Source: a virus. From it: DNA of 64,000 nucleotides. The notes below the pieces were generated by a model, which had not been told where the DNA came from, made no database searches, and saw nothing but the letters and a program-made list of their open reading frames with translations. The DNA lies in IMG/VR virus record IMGVR_UViG_3300045988_094081, positions 38,033 to 102,032 of that record. One strand, written 5' to 3'. Shown piece after piece: positions 36,473 to 46,235 of this stretch; positions within the stretch are counted from its first letter, which is position 1, and each line of letters opens with the position of its first letter. Made by a program: the position numbers and the translations under genes.

Positions 36473-36664
36473 TCAGCATAAAAATTTGTAACCTGGTTTT
36501 ACAGCTTCCGCTTCTTCTCTCGTATCAAACATTAAGGTAGTGACAGCTCCTATTCCTTCACAAACGTAAGACACTTCCACCCACCACCTAAAAATCCCAG
36601 AGCCGTAATCATCATAGTACGGCTCAGAAAGAACTTCTTTCACGTACCCATCCAAATAATTCAC
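36473..36664 (-). CDS. Hypothetical protein (63 aa)
   Basis: ORF, coupled (ATGA) to the upstream gene. Confidence 0.4.
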   Translation of the reverse strand: MNYLDGYVKEVLSEPYYDDYGSGIFRWWVEVSYVCEGIGAVTTLMFDTREEAEAVKPGYKFLC

Positions 36665-37377
36665 GATCGTTCCTCCTTGTTTTTAGATTCTGCCTCTTCG
36701 AGTATGCTGATCACCTTGTCAACAATATCCGAATCAGACATTTTCTCAATAAAAACATCCATTGCCTTAGTTATGTCATTGGCTTCTTTTTCTTCAAGAG
36801 CTATTTCTCCACCGGTAATAGCATCAGATAATGATGTAGATAAGTGTCTTATCTTATCAATGCTCATAAACGTAAATGGATTACCACCCAAGCCTCCACC
36901 CATTTCTTTCATGATCTGGTATCCACCTGAGATAAATCTGCCTGATGTCGTGGCCAAGGAGGATACGATTAGGGACAGTACCGCCGCTTCCGTCCGCTCC
37001 TCGGACACACCCCTCGACCACACGGCTGCCTTTATAGCGCCGGCCAGGTCGTCTATGTATGGCATGAGACAGTCTTCCATAACTTGTGTTATATCAGCTA
37101 TAACCTCACTACGCTCTTTATTTATGTAGTAGATAGAAGCATTGTATTTCCTTATCTCCTTATCCATATCATTCAAGAATCGTTTGACATTATGTCTGTA
37201 CATAGGACCGCCCTTAACCACTTCTTTCAGCTTAAGAATGTAATTATAAGCCTGGTCGTTTACGAACAACGTCATAGTCTCAACCGTTGAATGAAGCGTG
37301 TTAAGACTGTTAAGAATCTTATCGAAATTGTTTATCAAATAAGCCTTCCTGGCTTTTGCTGCGTAGTTAATCATCAC
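36661..37377 (-). CDS. Hypothetical helical protein (238 aa)
   Basis: ORF on the consensus strand. Confidence 0.55.
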   Translation of the reverse strand: MMINYAAKARKAYLINNFDKILNSLNTLHSTVETMTLFVNDQAYNYILKLKEVVKGGPMYRHNVKRFLNDMDKEIRKYNASIYYINKERSEVIADITQVMEDCLMPYIDDLAGAIKAAVWSRGVSEERTEAAVLSLIVSSLATTSGRFISGGYQIMKEMGGGLGGNPFTFMSIDKIRHLSTSLSDAITGGEIALEEKEANDITKAMDVFIEKMSDSDIVDKVISILEEAESKNKEERS

Positions 37378-37897
37378 ATTCGAATTTTAGATTTTCAAGT
37401 TCATTCAATTGTTTCTTAATTGACTCGATCAGGTGCGTTCTCCGTTCCTCTGCATGTTTTAAAGCTTCTTCTTTGCTCTCAAAAGCATCCCTTCCTATTT
37501 CATAAGGAGTGATCCTATCAGGAATGTCGGCTAACAAAAGACCACCATAATCTTCTATTTTAGCTTTTACTTTTCTTATTACACCGTCTCTCATGCACGC
37601 ATCTGTAATCCATATAAACCTGTCACATTCTTCTAATTCCCTTTCGTACAATTCATACCATTCCGGTTTAGGAAATCTTAATGTAAATCTAATCTCGGTA
37701 TCTTTTTCTAAGACATTAATATCATACGCCTCCGGCCACAGTTCTTTTATGCTGTCTTCATCTTCAGCATACGCCACCAATACAAATGAATTACTGGATT
37801 CTGCACTACACCAATATGGATGTTTTATAGGCCATTTGACTGGACGGTAATCATTATCACAGTCATCCTTTCTAATGTAAAATCTTGCTCTAATCAT
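37367..37897 (-). CDS. Hypothetical protein (176 aa)
   Basis: ORF. Confidence 0.55.
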   Translation of the reverse strand: MIRARFYIRKDDCDNDYRPVKWPIKHPYWCSAESSNSFVLVAYAEDEDSIKELWPEAYDINVLEKDTEIRFTLRFPKPEWYELYERELEECDRFIWITDACMRDGVIRKVKAKIEDYGGLLLADIPDRITPYEIGRDAFESKEEALKHAEERRTHLIESIKKQLNELENLKFECDD

Positions 37898-37898
37898 G

Positions 37899-38207
37899 TT
37901 ATTCTACTTTTTTGATTTCGCTCAAATCGTCTTCATACACCAAATAAGATCCTCTTCCAGGTCTTCCTTCTTTATTAGCTTTCTGGATTGTAAATATAAC
38001 TGTTCCAGTATTCGTGATTTGCACGTTCTTAAAGAAACCAACAAGAGGCTCTTTCGAACGTTTGTAAAGAACACTCACTTTATCTCCCTTCTTTAACCCA
38101 TAAACAGAATCGAAATATTCCTTTTTAATTCTTTCAATATTACTTCTATGTTTGTTCATTGCATCAAGCTCGTCGTCTAACAGTTGATTCATTTGTTCTT
38201 TTGTCAT
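37899..38207 (-). CDS. Hypothetical protein (102 aa)
   Basis: ORF. Confidence 0.5.
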   Translation of the reverse strand: MTKEQMNQLLDDELDAMNKHRSNIERIKKEYFDSVYGLKKGDKVSVLYKRSKEPLVGFFKNVQITNTGTVIFTIQKANKEGRPGRGSYLVYEDDLSEIKKVE

Positions 38208-38947
38208 TTCTTTTCCTCCTTATTTAATGGTATTAATCCTTTTCCGTGTTTATCATACCACAACATAGTTATCACATTCCATGCGACCGCAGCTAAATGG
38301 TGTACGTTCGTCTCTTTATCCATTCTCTCTCCTTTCAGGTACGCCATCATGTGTCGAAACGTCGCCGCACGGTACCGTTCAAAGCCGTCGTCAAGATCCT
38401 GCCAAGTATTAGGCCCATATTTCTTGGCTCCGGCATGATAGACTTTTACAATGTCTTCAATCTCTTCCATCGGAAGCAAATCCCATCGTAGTTTATCGTC
38501 AATGATGTCATTCTTCACCGATTCCCCTTCTTTTTTATTATTGTCTTTTTTTGAACTAACAGGTTCTAACAAATCCAAGGGTATGCTAAACTGTTTCCCT
38601 TCGTAGTATATGACAGCCATAACATCTACATTGTAGACCTCTTTTGCCAATTCGACCATAGCTCCCCCAGGAACAATATCATCTTTAAAAGAATAATCTT
38701 TTTTAACAAAAAGCAATTCTCCTTCTTTGAAAAGGACATCATCATTCTTTAGTATATAATCAACTGGTATATCGATCTCCATACGACCTTCATACGACAG
38801 CGTGGCCTCCTTATCTCCTTTTTTGATATCTTTTTCACACACAACCTTAAGCCCTTTTTTGGCTACTAACGTTTTATAAGCATAAACATCTTTGTTAATA
38901 ACCACATTTGTCCCCTTCGGGATAATAATATTGTCCATCTTTTTCAT
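38204..38947 (-). CDS. Protein with a C-terminal all-alpha NTP pyrophosphohydrolase-like (dATP/dGTP PPHyd / MazG-like) region. This is tentative.
   Basis: The C-terminal WDLLPMEEIEDIVKVYHAGAKKYGPNTWQD...HLAAVAWNVITMLWY resembles the phage dATP/dGTP pyrophosphohydrolase domain family, recalled from memory. Confidence 0.4.
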   Translation of the reverse strand: MKKMDNIIIPKGTNVVINKDVYAYKTLVAKKGLKVVCEKDIKKGDKEATLSYEGRMEIDIPVDYILKNDDVLFKEGELLFVKKDYSFKDDIVPGGAMVELAKEVYNVDVMAVIYYEGKQFSIPLDLLEPVSSKKDNNKKEGESVKNDIIDDKLRWDLLPMEEIEDIVKVYHAGAKKYGPNTWQDLDDGFERYRAATFRHMMAYLKGERMDKETNVHHLAAVAWNVITMLWYDKHGKGLIPLNKEEKK

Positions 38948-38979
38948 TGTTTTATCGTTGCTTTAATCAATATAGTCCA

Positions 38980-39321
38980 TCACTCTTTTTTTACAAAGCG
39001 ATCAAATTCTTCTCCGCTCATAACAATGCGGTTAATGATAATTATGCCGCTATCGCTATAATCATCATCTTTAATTCCCATGTCATCAAGCTCCTTCTTT
39101 AAGTCTTCAAATGTAGGGCCTGTATTGCTTTTAAAAAATAAAGTAGCATGTGCAAGACTTCCGTTGTTTAGTTTTACTCTCACGGTATAGACATACCCTT
39201 TTTCATCTTCATCCTTTTTGTTGACACCATCAAGGATGCTATTTATCATGTCCTTGTCCTCACGTGATAGGTTGGATATGGCTATTCTGCCCTTTAATCT
39301 AAATACTTCGTTTTCGTTCAT
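38980..39321 (-). CDS. Hypothetical protein (113 aa)
   Basis: ORF. Confidence 0.45.
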   Translation of the reverse strand: MNENEVFRLKGRIAISNLSREDKDMINSILDGVNKKDEDEKGYVYTVRVKLNNGSLAHATLFFKSNTGPTFEDLKKELDDMGIKDDDYSDSGIIIINRIVMSGEEFDRFVKKE

Positions 39322-39605
39322 AACCTTCCATTTTTGTTGTTTTCAAAATATTGTCTTACAGCTTCTATGGCTTTATCGTCATCAAAAGCTTCTTCAAACT
39401 CCGTGTAGAACCTATCTCGCTCCATGCAGAATGTGTTTTTTCCTTCCGGTATAGGACGGAACACAACCACCCTCTCTTTGTCGTGATTGGTTCCTATTAT
39501 GTTATTATCTAAGATAATAGAATACCTTCTTGAACTCTTGTTGATAACAACATCATGTTGAAGACCATACAATTTAAGTATTTCCCTTAATTCATTTGTT
39601 TCCAT
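39318..39605 (-). CDS. Hypothetical protein (95 aa)
   Basis: ORF, coupled. Confidence 0.45.
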   Translation of the reverse strand: METNELREILKLYGLQHDVVINKSSRRYSIILDNNIIGTNHDKERVVVFRPIPEGKNTFCMERDRFYTEFEEAFDDDKAIEAVRQYFENNKNGRL

Positions 39606-39962
39606 TTATATTATTCCTTCCAAATTTACTTTAATAGAACCATTTATAGTTTTAATGCTCCCATCTATGGTTGAAATCACATCATCTAAATCATTTATAA
39701 TACCTTCCATGTCATCAACCACCTCCTCCATATAAGTTACAGCCTGATCTGATTCCCAATATCTTTCTGAGTCTTGTAACGATTCAGGTATATTATCTCT
39801 CGCCTCAGTCTCTTCGTCTAAAATCATATCAACATCATCTTTGGCTGAATTTATGTTGTGCTTTAACTCTGACAACTTTGATTTGATGTATTCAAAATCC
39901 GTTTTATACTTATTTACATTGTTAATAACATCCGATATTTTTTTTCTTCTCTTGTTGTTCAT
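39606..39962 (-). CDS. Hypothetical coiled-coil protein (118 aa)
   Basis: ORF, coupled to the helicase (overlap). Confidence 0.45.
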   Translation of the reverse strand: MNNKRRKKISDVINNVNKYKTDFEYIKSKLSELKHNINSAKDDVDMILDEETEARDNIPESLQDSERYWESDQAVTYMEEVVDDMEGIINDLDDVISTIDGSIKTINGSIKVNLEGII

Positions 39963-41380
39963 GCCTTTATCCTATTATAATATTCGATAATCTTTTCTTT
40001 TCTATCTCCTGGTTTTACTGCCATATTCTCAGCCAAGAACCTAAAATACGACACCGGTATGTCCTTGAATCTAATTCCTTCATATTTTCCAAACCACATT
40101 ATTATACTGTCAAGATCGTCTTCTCTCCTACCATCTCCATTCACAGATTTAAGCGAGGCTGCCCGGCGAAGGATCTCGTCTTTGGTAATAATATCACCCA
40201 TCCTTATATTGGACAGAAGTTGATCTCCGGCAAACATACACCAGCCCTTAGAAGGGAATTGCTCGATTGTCAAGTCTTCTATCCGACCGAAACGCCTCAT
40301 GTTGTCGCAGCAATCAACTATCAGCGCCTCTTTCTTGTCAGGATGGATGCGGACGGCGCGGCCTAATATTTGGTAATATGTTGAATATGAGAACGTTGGG
40401 CGACCAAACATCACACAATCAAGTTCAGGAAAATCAAATCCGGTAGCAAGCGTTGAATAATTAAAAACCACCTTCAACTTACCTTCTTTGAAATCTGATA
40501 TGATTTGCTCTCTTTTCTTTTTGGTTGTTAGCGATGTTACGACACCTGTTATGGCTCCCATTTTGGCATTCATAAACTCTGATATTCTATTACATGATTC
40601 GATAGAATCCATACAAACCAAAATGGCTTTACGCTCGTTCATAAGCTGAAGAAGACGCTTGTAGATAGAGTTGTTTAAGCCATTTCGTACGATGCTTTCT
40701 TTAATAGATTCGTTGGTATATTCGGCTCCGGTACTGTTTAACATCAGAGCCGATTCATCAAATGACCATCGTTCGTACTTAAGTGGACACCAAAAACCTT
40801 GAGAAGTTAGCTCTTGTATTTGTATTACATGAACTAACTTCTTGAAGAAGTTATGCTCGTCTTTTGTCAGCATATTAAGTTTGCTATAGTTTCCTTCCAG
40901 CATGGAACTGTAGGCTCTGAGGCGGCAGGGGGTGGCGGTGAATCCCAGCACCTTTGCCTGTGGAAATTCGCTCATAAATTCCATAAATTCAGAACCTTCC
41001 TCAGGGGAATACCCCGAGTGGCATTCGTCCACCAATAAGGTGTCTATCCCTATATCTTTCAACCTTGCTACGTCTTTCTTTATGCTTTTAAGTGTAGCAT
41101 AAGTCATAGCCGATAATTCCTTTACGCCACATGAGGCAGAGTATATAGTAGGTTCGGAGCCAAACGATACAGCCTTAGCATAATTCTGCTCCAGAATCTC
41201 TTTCGAGGGCTGCAATACTAACGTCGGTCTATTTATCTCATGCGCTATCTTGGATATCAGAAGGCTCTTACCCGCTCCGCATGGGGCTACTATTATGCCA
41301 GGCTTTTTAGATCTTCCCGTGAGAAACTTAAGCCCGGCATCTACTGCTTCTTTTTGGTAAGGTCTAAGTTCAAAGCCCAT
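39959..41380 (-). CDS. Superfamily-2 DExH-box helicase
   Basis: Walker A APCGAGKS after LRPYQKEAV; the DExH box LLVDECH; a C-terminal helicase domain. Confidence 0.85.
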   Translation of the reverse strand: MGFELRPYQKEAVDAGLKFLTGRSKKPGIIVAPCGAGKSLLISKIAHEINRPTLVLQPSKEILEQNYAKAVSFGSEPTIYSASCGVKELSAMTYATLKSIKKDVARLKDIGIDTLLVDECHSGYSPEEGSEFMEFMSEFPQAKVLGFTATPCRLRAYSSMLEGNYSKLNMLTKDEHNFFKKLVHVIQIQELTSQGFWCPLKYERWSFDESALMLNSTGAEYTNESIKESIVRNGLNNSIYKRLLQLMNERKAILVCMDSIESCNRISEFMNAKMGAITGVVTSLTTKKKREQIISDFKEGKLKVVFNYSTLATGFDFPELDCVMFGRPTFSYSTYYQILGRAVRIHPDKKEALIVDCCDNMRRFGRIEDLTIEQFPSKGWCMFAGDQLLSNIRMGDIITKDEILRRAASLKSVNGDGRREDDLDSIIMWFGKYEGIRFKDIPVSYFRFLAENMAVKPGDRKEKIIEYYNRIKA

Positions 41381-41747
41381 CGCAATCTATTTTACTATTT
41401 TTTGAAAGTTCTATTATCGCCTCTTTCAACATCTCCCTTGCTTTATCTTCGTTATCTTCAAGCAAGCATACACTGCACGATATGCCCATACGATCCCCAT
41501 AAGCCTCGGCATTACCTAATGTGAATGCGCAGCAGTAATCATAATCCATGTTTTTTGCTACGGCAATAAACTGATTATCTTCTATCAGTACAGCATATTC
41601 AGCATCAGTTTCACACATGATAATGGCTTTATCTTTTTTTATAGACAATACCTTGTTTCTGAAAAGTCCGTTATAAATCCATAGTTCCTTTCCTGCATTT
41701 TTATAAAACGTAGCCATATCTTCCTTGGTTGTAACTTCTTTTTTCAT
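41370..41747 (-). CDS. Hypothetical protein (125 aa)
   Basis: ORF. Confidence 0.45.
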   Translation of the reverse strand: MKKEVTTKEDMATFYKNAGKELWIYNGLFRNKVLSIKKDKAIIMCETDAEYAVLIEDNQFIAVAKNMDYDYCCAFTLGNAEAYGDRMGISCSVCLLEDNEDKAREMLKEAIIELSKNSKIDCDGL

Positions 41748-41750
41748 GAC

Positions 41751-42071
41751 TTACTTGTGTTTAACATCAGTAATTAAAATATATTTTTTAACAATATCTT
41801 CAAGCTCCATAGAAAATAACAAACTTGGGCTTTTTCCGTACTCGTACAGAGCGTACCCTTCCTTTATGTCCAATATCTTAATCACATGCTTGCCTCTTTC
41901 AAATGGATCCATGAAGTAGCCTTTGTGTTCGTATCTTTGACCAACTTTTATTTTGTCGGTCTTCTTCTTCATCTTATACCGATCTATTGCCCTGCTTATT
42001 TTTATAAGAATCGTTACAAACAGGTATGATAATAAAAAGACCGCTGCTCCTGCTATCAATGCTTCTTTCAT
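41751..42071 (-). CDS. Small membrane-anchored protein (106 aa, N-terminal TM helix)
   Basis: N-terminal hydrophobic segment AGAAVFLLSYLFVTILI. Confidence 0.4.
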   Translation of the reverse strand: MKEALIAGAAVFLLSYLFVTILIKISRAIDRYKMKKKTDKIKVGQRYEHKGYFMDPFERGKHVIKILDIKEGYALYEYGKSPSLLFSMELEDIVKKYILITDVKHK

Positions 42072-42237
42072 TGGACCTCTTTTAAGTAGTTAAACCATAT
42101 ATCCTCCAGCTTCTCCTGAAGCTCAAACGCTTTCTTGAAATTCCCGCATCGTACAGCAACGTCTCTCATGTATGTCAAGTTTATAACTTCCGGATCTTGC
42201 CGGTATTTTGTTCTTAACTTTTGAACGTCCTCGTATT

Positions 42238-43257
42238 TCATCGTTTTATCTTTTTAGACGGATCCCAATCCGAAGAGAAAGGGCATTCGTTTTTGTTATG
42301 TAATCCAAAGTCACAATAGTAACACAGTGCTGACGGGCAGGGTAGCTTGTTTTGCGAAACAGGCTGGCTTAGGGTGGCACGCCGCTTGCTATACCTGGCT
42401 CCTTCTGCTCCCTGGATGTACGCTTGAAATGATTTTACACTATTATCTTCAAAATCATACATTTTAGACAAAGTGTCATTTAGCATCTCTATAGATTTTG
42501 TTTTACGTTCCTCATCCACCTTAACCTTTTGGTACTGCCTGGTCCTGGTAAAGAAATAGATGTTCATATCTGGCAGAACTCCACCATATTTTCTATAGAT
42601 GTAAAATGAATATATAGGATGCTGTAAATTCGTTTCCAACTTCTTAGAATCAAAAACCTTATTACCTGATTTCCAATCTATGACATAATGGTGAACTACG
42701 TTCTTGCTTTTTATAGCCAGATGAAGGTCTACCGATCCTACTATGTACACATGAGTATGAATTACTCCATTTATGTTAACAGGCTTAGGAAGACGGTACG
42801 GTAGCACAAAATCCTCTTCGACTCCTATTATGGCACCGTGTCTGATGAGTTTCTCACAGGGATTAAGATCACTATCAGCTATCATAAACCTATTCCCGTC
42901 TTTTTTAAATAGATCTACAATCCAAGCAAGAAGCTCTCCAGATTGCTTCATGGCTATCATCATATTTTCCGGTGATTGCCAAGGTATGTCTTCCTGGTAA
43001 GCATAGTAACTTATTGCTTCTCCAAGGTCTTTACCAGAAGGCTGTCTTCCGTTCTTAAAAAAGTATTCCAGTGTCTTATGGATAACCGTACCATAAGACG
43101 TAGCTTCTTGTTTTTCCGTAGACCTTTTGCCCTCTACGTAAGTCTTATACCATTTCATTGGACAGGTAAGAAACGTATCTATCTGGGAATAAGATATGGC
43201 AAGACGTTTTACACCATTAAACTCCTTATATAGCAAATGCGTTTCCGGGACCATCAT
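42238..43257 (-). CDS. PD-(D/E)XK nuclease of the Cas4/RecB type with a 4-Cys Fe-S cluster signature
   Basis: N-terminal FLTCPMKWY; motif II GSVD; motif III IDWKSGNK; the QxxxY motif QHPIY; C-terminal CPSALCYYCDF...ECPF. Confidence 0.75.
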   Translation of the reverse strand: MMVPETHLLYKEFNGVKRLAISYSQIDTFLTCPMKWYKTYVEGKRSTEKQEATSYGTVIHKTLEYFFKNGRQPSGKDLGEAISYYAYQEDIPWQSPENMMIAMKQSGELLAWIVDLFKKDGNRFMIADSDLNPCEKLIRHGAIIGVEEDFVLPYRLPKPVNINGVIHTHVYIVGSVDLHLAIKSKNVVHHYVIDWKSGNKVFDSKKLETNLQHPIYSFYIYRKYGGVLPDMNIYFFTRTRQYQKVKVDEERKTKSIEMLNDTLSKMYDFEDNSVKSFQAYIQGAEGARYSKRRATLSQPVSQNKLPCPSALCYYCDFGLHNKNECPFSSDWDPSKKIKR

Positions 43258-43613
43258 AAGTCATTGTCTTTAAATCCTTCCGGGTAATATACGACATACT
43301 TCTTACCGTCTTCTGGTGTCATGGCAAACTGCATGTAGTTATTACGATTACGATGCTTGCCATCTAATCCTCGCTTCCAATACAGAATCCCATCTATATC
43401 CACATAAGACCGTCCGCGTTCGGCTCTAACTACGTCCGTGTGTAGCAGATACCCGTCGGAAGACACGATCCACACTTTATCCCCTTTGTTTAAATAAGAT
43501 ATTCTTTTTCTTACAACAACCTTTTTCTTATTATCTAATGCAAATTCCTCATCGGTCATACTCTTCATCCTCCTCTTCTTCTGTTTCAAAATCAATTCCA
43601 TAACACTGATCAT
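43254..43613 (-). CDS. Hypothetical protein (119 aa)
   Basis: ORF; a perfect palindrome lies ~80 nt upstream. Confidence 0.45.
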   Translation of the reverse strand: MISVMELILKQKKRRMKSMTDEEFALDNKKKVVVRKRISYLNKGDKVWIVSSDGYLLHTDVVRAERGRSYVDIDGILYWKRGLDGKHRNRNNYMQFAMTPEDGKKYVVYYPEGFKDNDL

Positions 43614-43689
43614 AATGCTTGGTCAGTTCTTCTGGTTCTAAATCTTGTCCAAAATCCATGTTAAAAATATCGTAATTAGTAAAGCACTG

Positions 43690-43705
43690 TTCCTGCCGGC
43701 AGGAA
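43690..43705. promoter_or_regulatory. Perfect 16-bp palindrome TTCCTGCCGGCAGGAA, a candidate operator for a dimeric regulator, upstream of the gene starting at 43613
   Basis: Read directly. A second hairpin, GGCCCAAG-TGTAAC-CTTGGGCC, lies at 43738-43759 just after the flotillin stop. Confidence 0.4.
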
Positions 43706-43766
43706 ATCTATGAATGCTGCTTTTATTTCTTCAATTAGGCCCAAGTGTAACCTTGGGCCATTGTAT

Positions 43767-45467
43767 TTATTTTTTGTCATCTCCTTTTAATTTCTTTAAA
43801 GTATCTGCAATCGGAAGCTGATCAATGACTCCCAATGCCGGAGCGACGGTCTTAACAACATTGTTAAGGAAATTACCGGTACTGTTCTGACCGCCGTCAA
43901 ATACCGTGATATTTCCGAGGTTAATGTGCTCAAATGCCTTAACCTGTTCTCCGGCAATTTCTTTCCACTGATTAACCATCTTGTACTGGATGGCGATCTG
44001 AGGATTGGATTCTGCTGCTTCCACCATAGCCTTAAATCCGTCGGCTTCTGCCATTAACGACTTTTTCTTACCTTCGGCTTCTGCCTCCAGCTTCATCTGA
44101 ATAGCTTTTGCCTCTGCCTCAGCTTTTGCCAAATGTGCTGCTGCCTCAGCCTCAGCCCGGCGTTTGATCTTCTCGGCCTCGGCATCAGCTTGCAAGATAG
44201 CCTCTTCCTTCTGGGTTTCAGCCGGCACAATCTTTTCAGCCTTAAGCGCAGCCTGAACTTTCTTAGCCTTAGCTTCTTCCACTTCTTTGTCGGCAAGCTC
44301 TTTTGCCGTTTTTACAGCCGCTTCCGATTTAACTTTTTCTTCTCCGGCCTTCTTCTCTGATTGAGCTTTGATAATCTGTAGTTCTGATACTGACACAGCA
44401 ACCTCCTTCTGGGCATTGTTGTATCCTATAGACGCATTTTTCTCAGCCTCAGCCTTCTTAATCTGAGCTTCAGAGTCTTGTATTGCTATAGCTGCTTCCT
44501 TGTCAGCTTCAGCCTTATTCTTTCCGACTTCTTCCATCCTTTCAGCCTCGGCTTTATTTACTTCAAGTTCTGCCTTAGATCTTACGATCGCCGATTCCTT
44601 GTCGGTTAAAGTTTTTGCGATAACCGCAGCCCTGTCTCTATCTGCTTGAGCTACACCAATCTGTTTTTCTTTATCGGTTAAAGCCAAAGCTATTTCTTTT
44701 TCTTTCTTCGTTTCAGCTACTATTGTTTCCTTTTCTTTTTCAGTACAAGCAATTTGAATCTCTTGTTCTTTTTTGGTATTAGCCACAGCCGTTTCTTTCT
44801 CCTTCTGCTGTACAGCAATCTTAATAGCCCCCAGCTTCTCCTGTTCTTCGATATTAGCCTGTGCTTCGTTCAGAGCCCTACTTTCAGCCTCCTTACCAAG
44901 GTTCATAATATAACCGGCTTCGTCTCTAATGTCACTGATGTTGATGTTCAGGAGGTAAAGACCTAACTTGTTAAGCTCGTTATCAATGTTCTTTCTTGCC
45001 TTATCCAAAAACTCATCCCTGTCAGAATTAAGTTTTTCGATTGTCATTTCAGCAATAATCAAACGCATCTGACCGTAAACGATGTCCGTAATAAGATTTT
45101 CAGTAGATTCGGTATCCATTCCCAAAAGTCTTTCTGCCGCATTTTGCATGATCTCTGGATTTGTACTGATAGCTACTGTAATAGTCGTAGGAACATCTAC
45201 TCTAATATTCTGAGATGACAAAGCACCGGTAAGCTTGCAATCTATTTGCATAGGCTCCATTGACAAAACATCATAGCTTTGAATAATAGGCAAGACAAAT
45301 GCCGCTCCACCATGATATAATTTCGCCGATTTCTTTTCCCCACCTGTCTTACCATAAACGACCAAGACCTGATTAGGCTTACATCTACGATACCTTGATA
45401 AGACTCCGATGATTGTCAAAATAATCACTACAGCTAAGATAGCTGACACGTACATGATTGTTGTCAT
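43767..45467 (-). CDS. floT: FloT/YuaG-type flotillin (SPFH/band-7 family) with an N-terminal TM helix, SPFH domain, long Ala/Glu-rich coiled coil and conserved C-terminal tail
   Basis: GGAAFVLPIIQ...AAERLLGM and the C-terminal NLGNITVFDGG align with the B. subtilis FloT motifs GGGTFVLPVFQ, AAEQFLGK and ITVVDTGG. EA-repeat coiled coil present. Confidence 0.85.
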   Translation of the reverse strand: MTTIMYVSAILAVVIILTIIGVLSRYRRCKPNQVLVVYGKTGGEKKSAKLYHGGAAFVLPIIQSYDVLSMEPMQIDCKLTGALSSQNIRVDVPTTITVAISTNPEIMQNAAERLLGMDTESTENLITDIVYGQMRLIIAEMTIEKLNSDRDEFLDKARKNIDNELNKLGLYLLNINISDIRDEAGYIMNLGKEAESRALNEAQANIEEQEKLGAIKIAVQQKEKETAVANTKKEQEIQIACTEKEKETIVAETKKEKEIALALTDKEKQIGVAQADRDRAAVIAKTLTDKESAIVRSKAELEVNKAEAERMEEVGKNKAEADKEAAIAIQDSEAQIKKAEAEKNASIGYNNAQKEVAVSVSELQIIKAQSEKKAGEEKVKSEAAVKTAKELADKEVEEAKAKKVQAALKAEKIVPAETQKEEAILQADAEAEKIKRRAEAEAAAHLAKAEAEAKAIQMKLEAEAEGKKKSLMAEADGFKAMVEAAESNPQIAIQYKMVNQWKEIAGEQVKAFEHINLGNITVFDGGQNSTGNFLNNVVKTVAPALGVIDQLPIADTLKKLKGDDKK

Positions 45468-45499
45468 AACTTTTAAAATTTAATTGTTGATAAAAAAAA

Positions 45500-45994
45500 T
45501 TAGATACTTAATTCTCCTTCTTCGTATTTTATATTCACCTTGTCACCGTTTTTGTAATTTTTTCCAGACAAGCACCTCACTCTCATCTGTTCCTGTCTTC
45601 CATTTTTCGAAATATTTACCATATAATGATTCTTACCTGATCTAAATACTATCTCCGCCTCTCTGCCATTTAAATCTTCCGGACATTCGTACACCATTTC
45701 TTGTTTTAACTTAAGAAGTAACTTATATACGTAAAACAAAACGATAAAGAAAAATGACCCTATTACGATCCCTACTAAATGGGAACCCGAAAAGTACGTA
45801 GTCCAGCTATATCCAAGAATAAAATGTGTTATGCCTTTGAATGATATGATGTCCGACAAAGACATGCTTAAATCAGAAGCGTTATCAATGTCAATATCCG
45901 TATCCAGATCAGATCCTAATATCGACAATAAAAACTGTATAACAAAAGCAAATGACGCTATTAAAGCCATGCATAAAATTATATCATTTCCCAT
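45500..45994 (-). CDS. nfeD: NfeD-like (YuaF-type) membrane protein with a C-terminal OB-fold, the canonical operon partner of flotillins
   Basis: N-terminal TM helices plus a C-terminal beta-barrel region NGREAEIVFRSGKNHYMVNI...GDKVNIKYEEGELSI. It lies immediately upstream of the flotillin, matching the yuaF-floT arrangement. Confidence 0.65.
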   Translation of the reverse strand: MGNDIILCMALIASFAFVIQFLLSILGSDLDTDIDIDNASDLSMSLSDIISFKGITHFILGYSWTTYFSGSHLVGIVIGSFFFIVLFYVYKLLLKLKQEMVYECPEDLNGREAEIVFRSGKNHYMVNISKNGRQEQMRVRCLSGKNYKNGDKVNIKYEEGELSI

Positions 45995-46235
45995 ATCCTT
46001 CTGTTATTATTTTGTAAACAAGATCAGTCATATCTTTGATGGATTCTGTATCATAATCAATAATAACGATATTGAATTTTTGTTCCACCATCGCATCAAG
46101 CTCAATTCGATCAATAGAATCTAATCCAAGTTCTTTAAACGACACATCTTCTTCATGAACTATATCCATTTCCGAATTAAGAAACTGAGTAATAATTATA
46201 TCCTCTATTATCTTTCTAATTCTTACTTTTTCCAT
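45984..46235 (-). CDS. Acyl/peptidyl carrier protein-like small acidic protein with the LGLDSID phosphopantetheine-attachment motif
   Basis: FKELGLDSIDRIELDAMVEQKFNIVI aligns with E. coli ACP [27 protein letters not shown]. It overlaps both neighbours (11 and 13 nt), indicating translational coupling. Confidence 0.6.
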   Translation of the reverse strand: MEKVRIRKIIEDIIITQFLNSEMDIVHEEDVSFKELGLDSIDRIELDAMVEQKFNIVIIDYDTESIKDMTDLVYKIITEGYGK

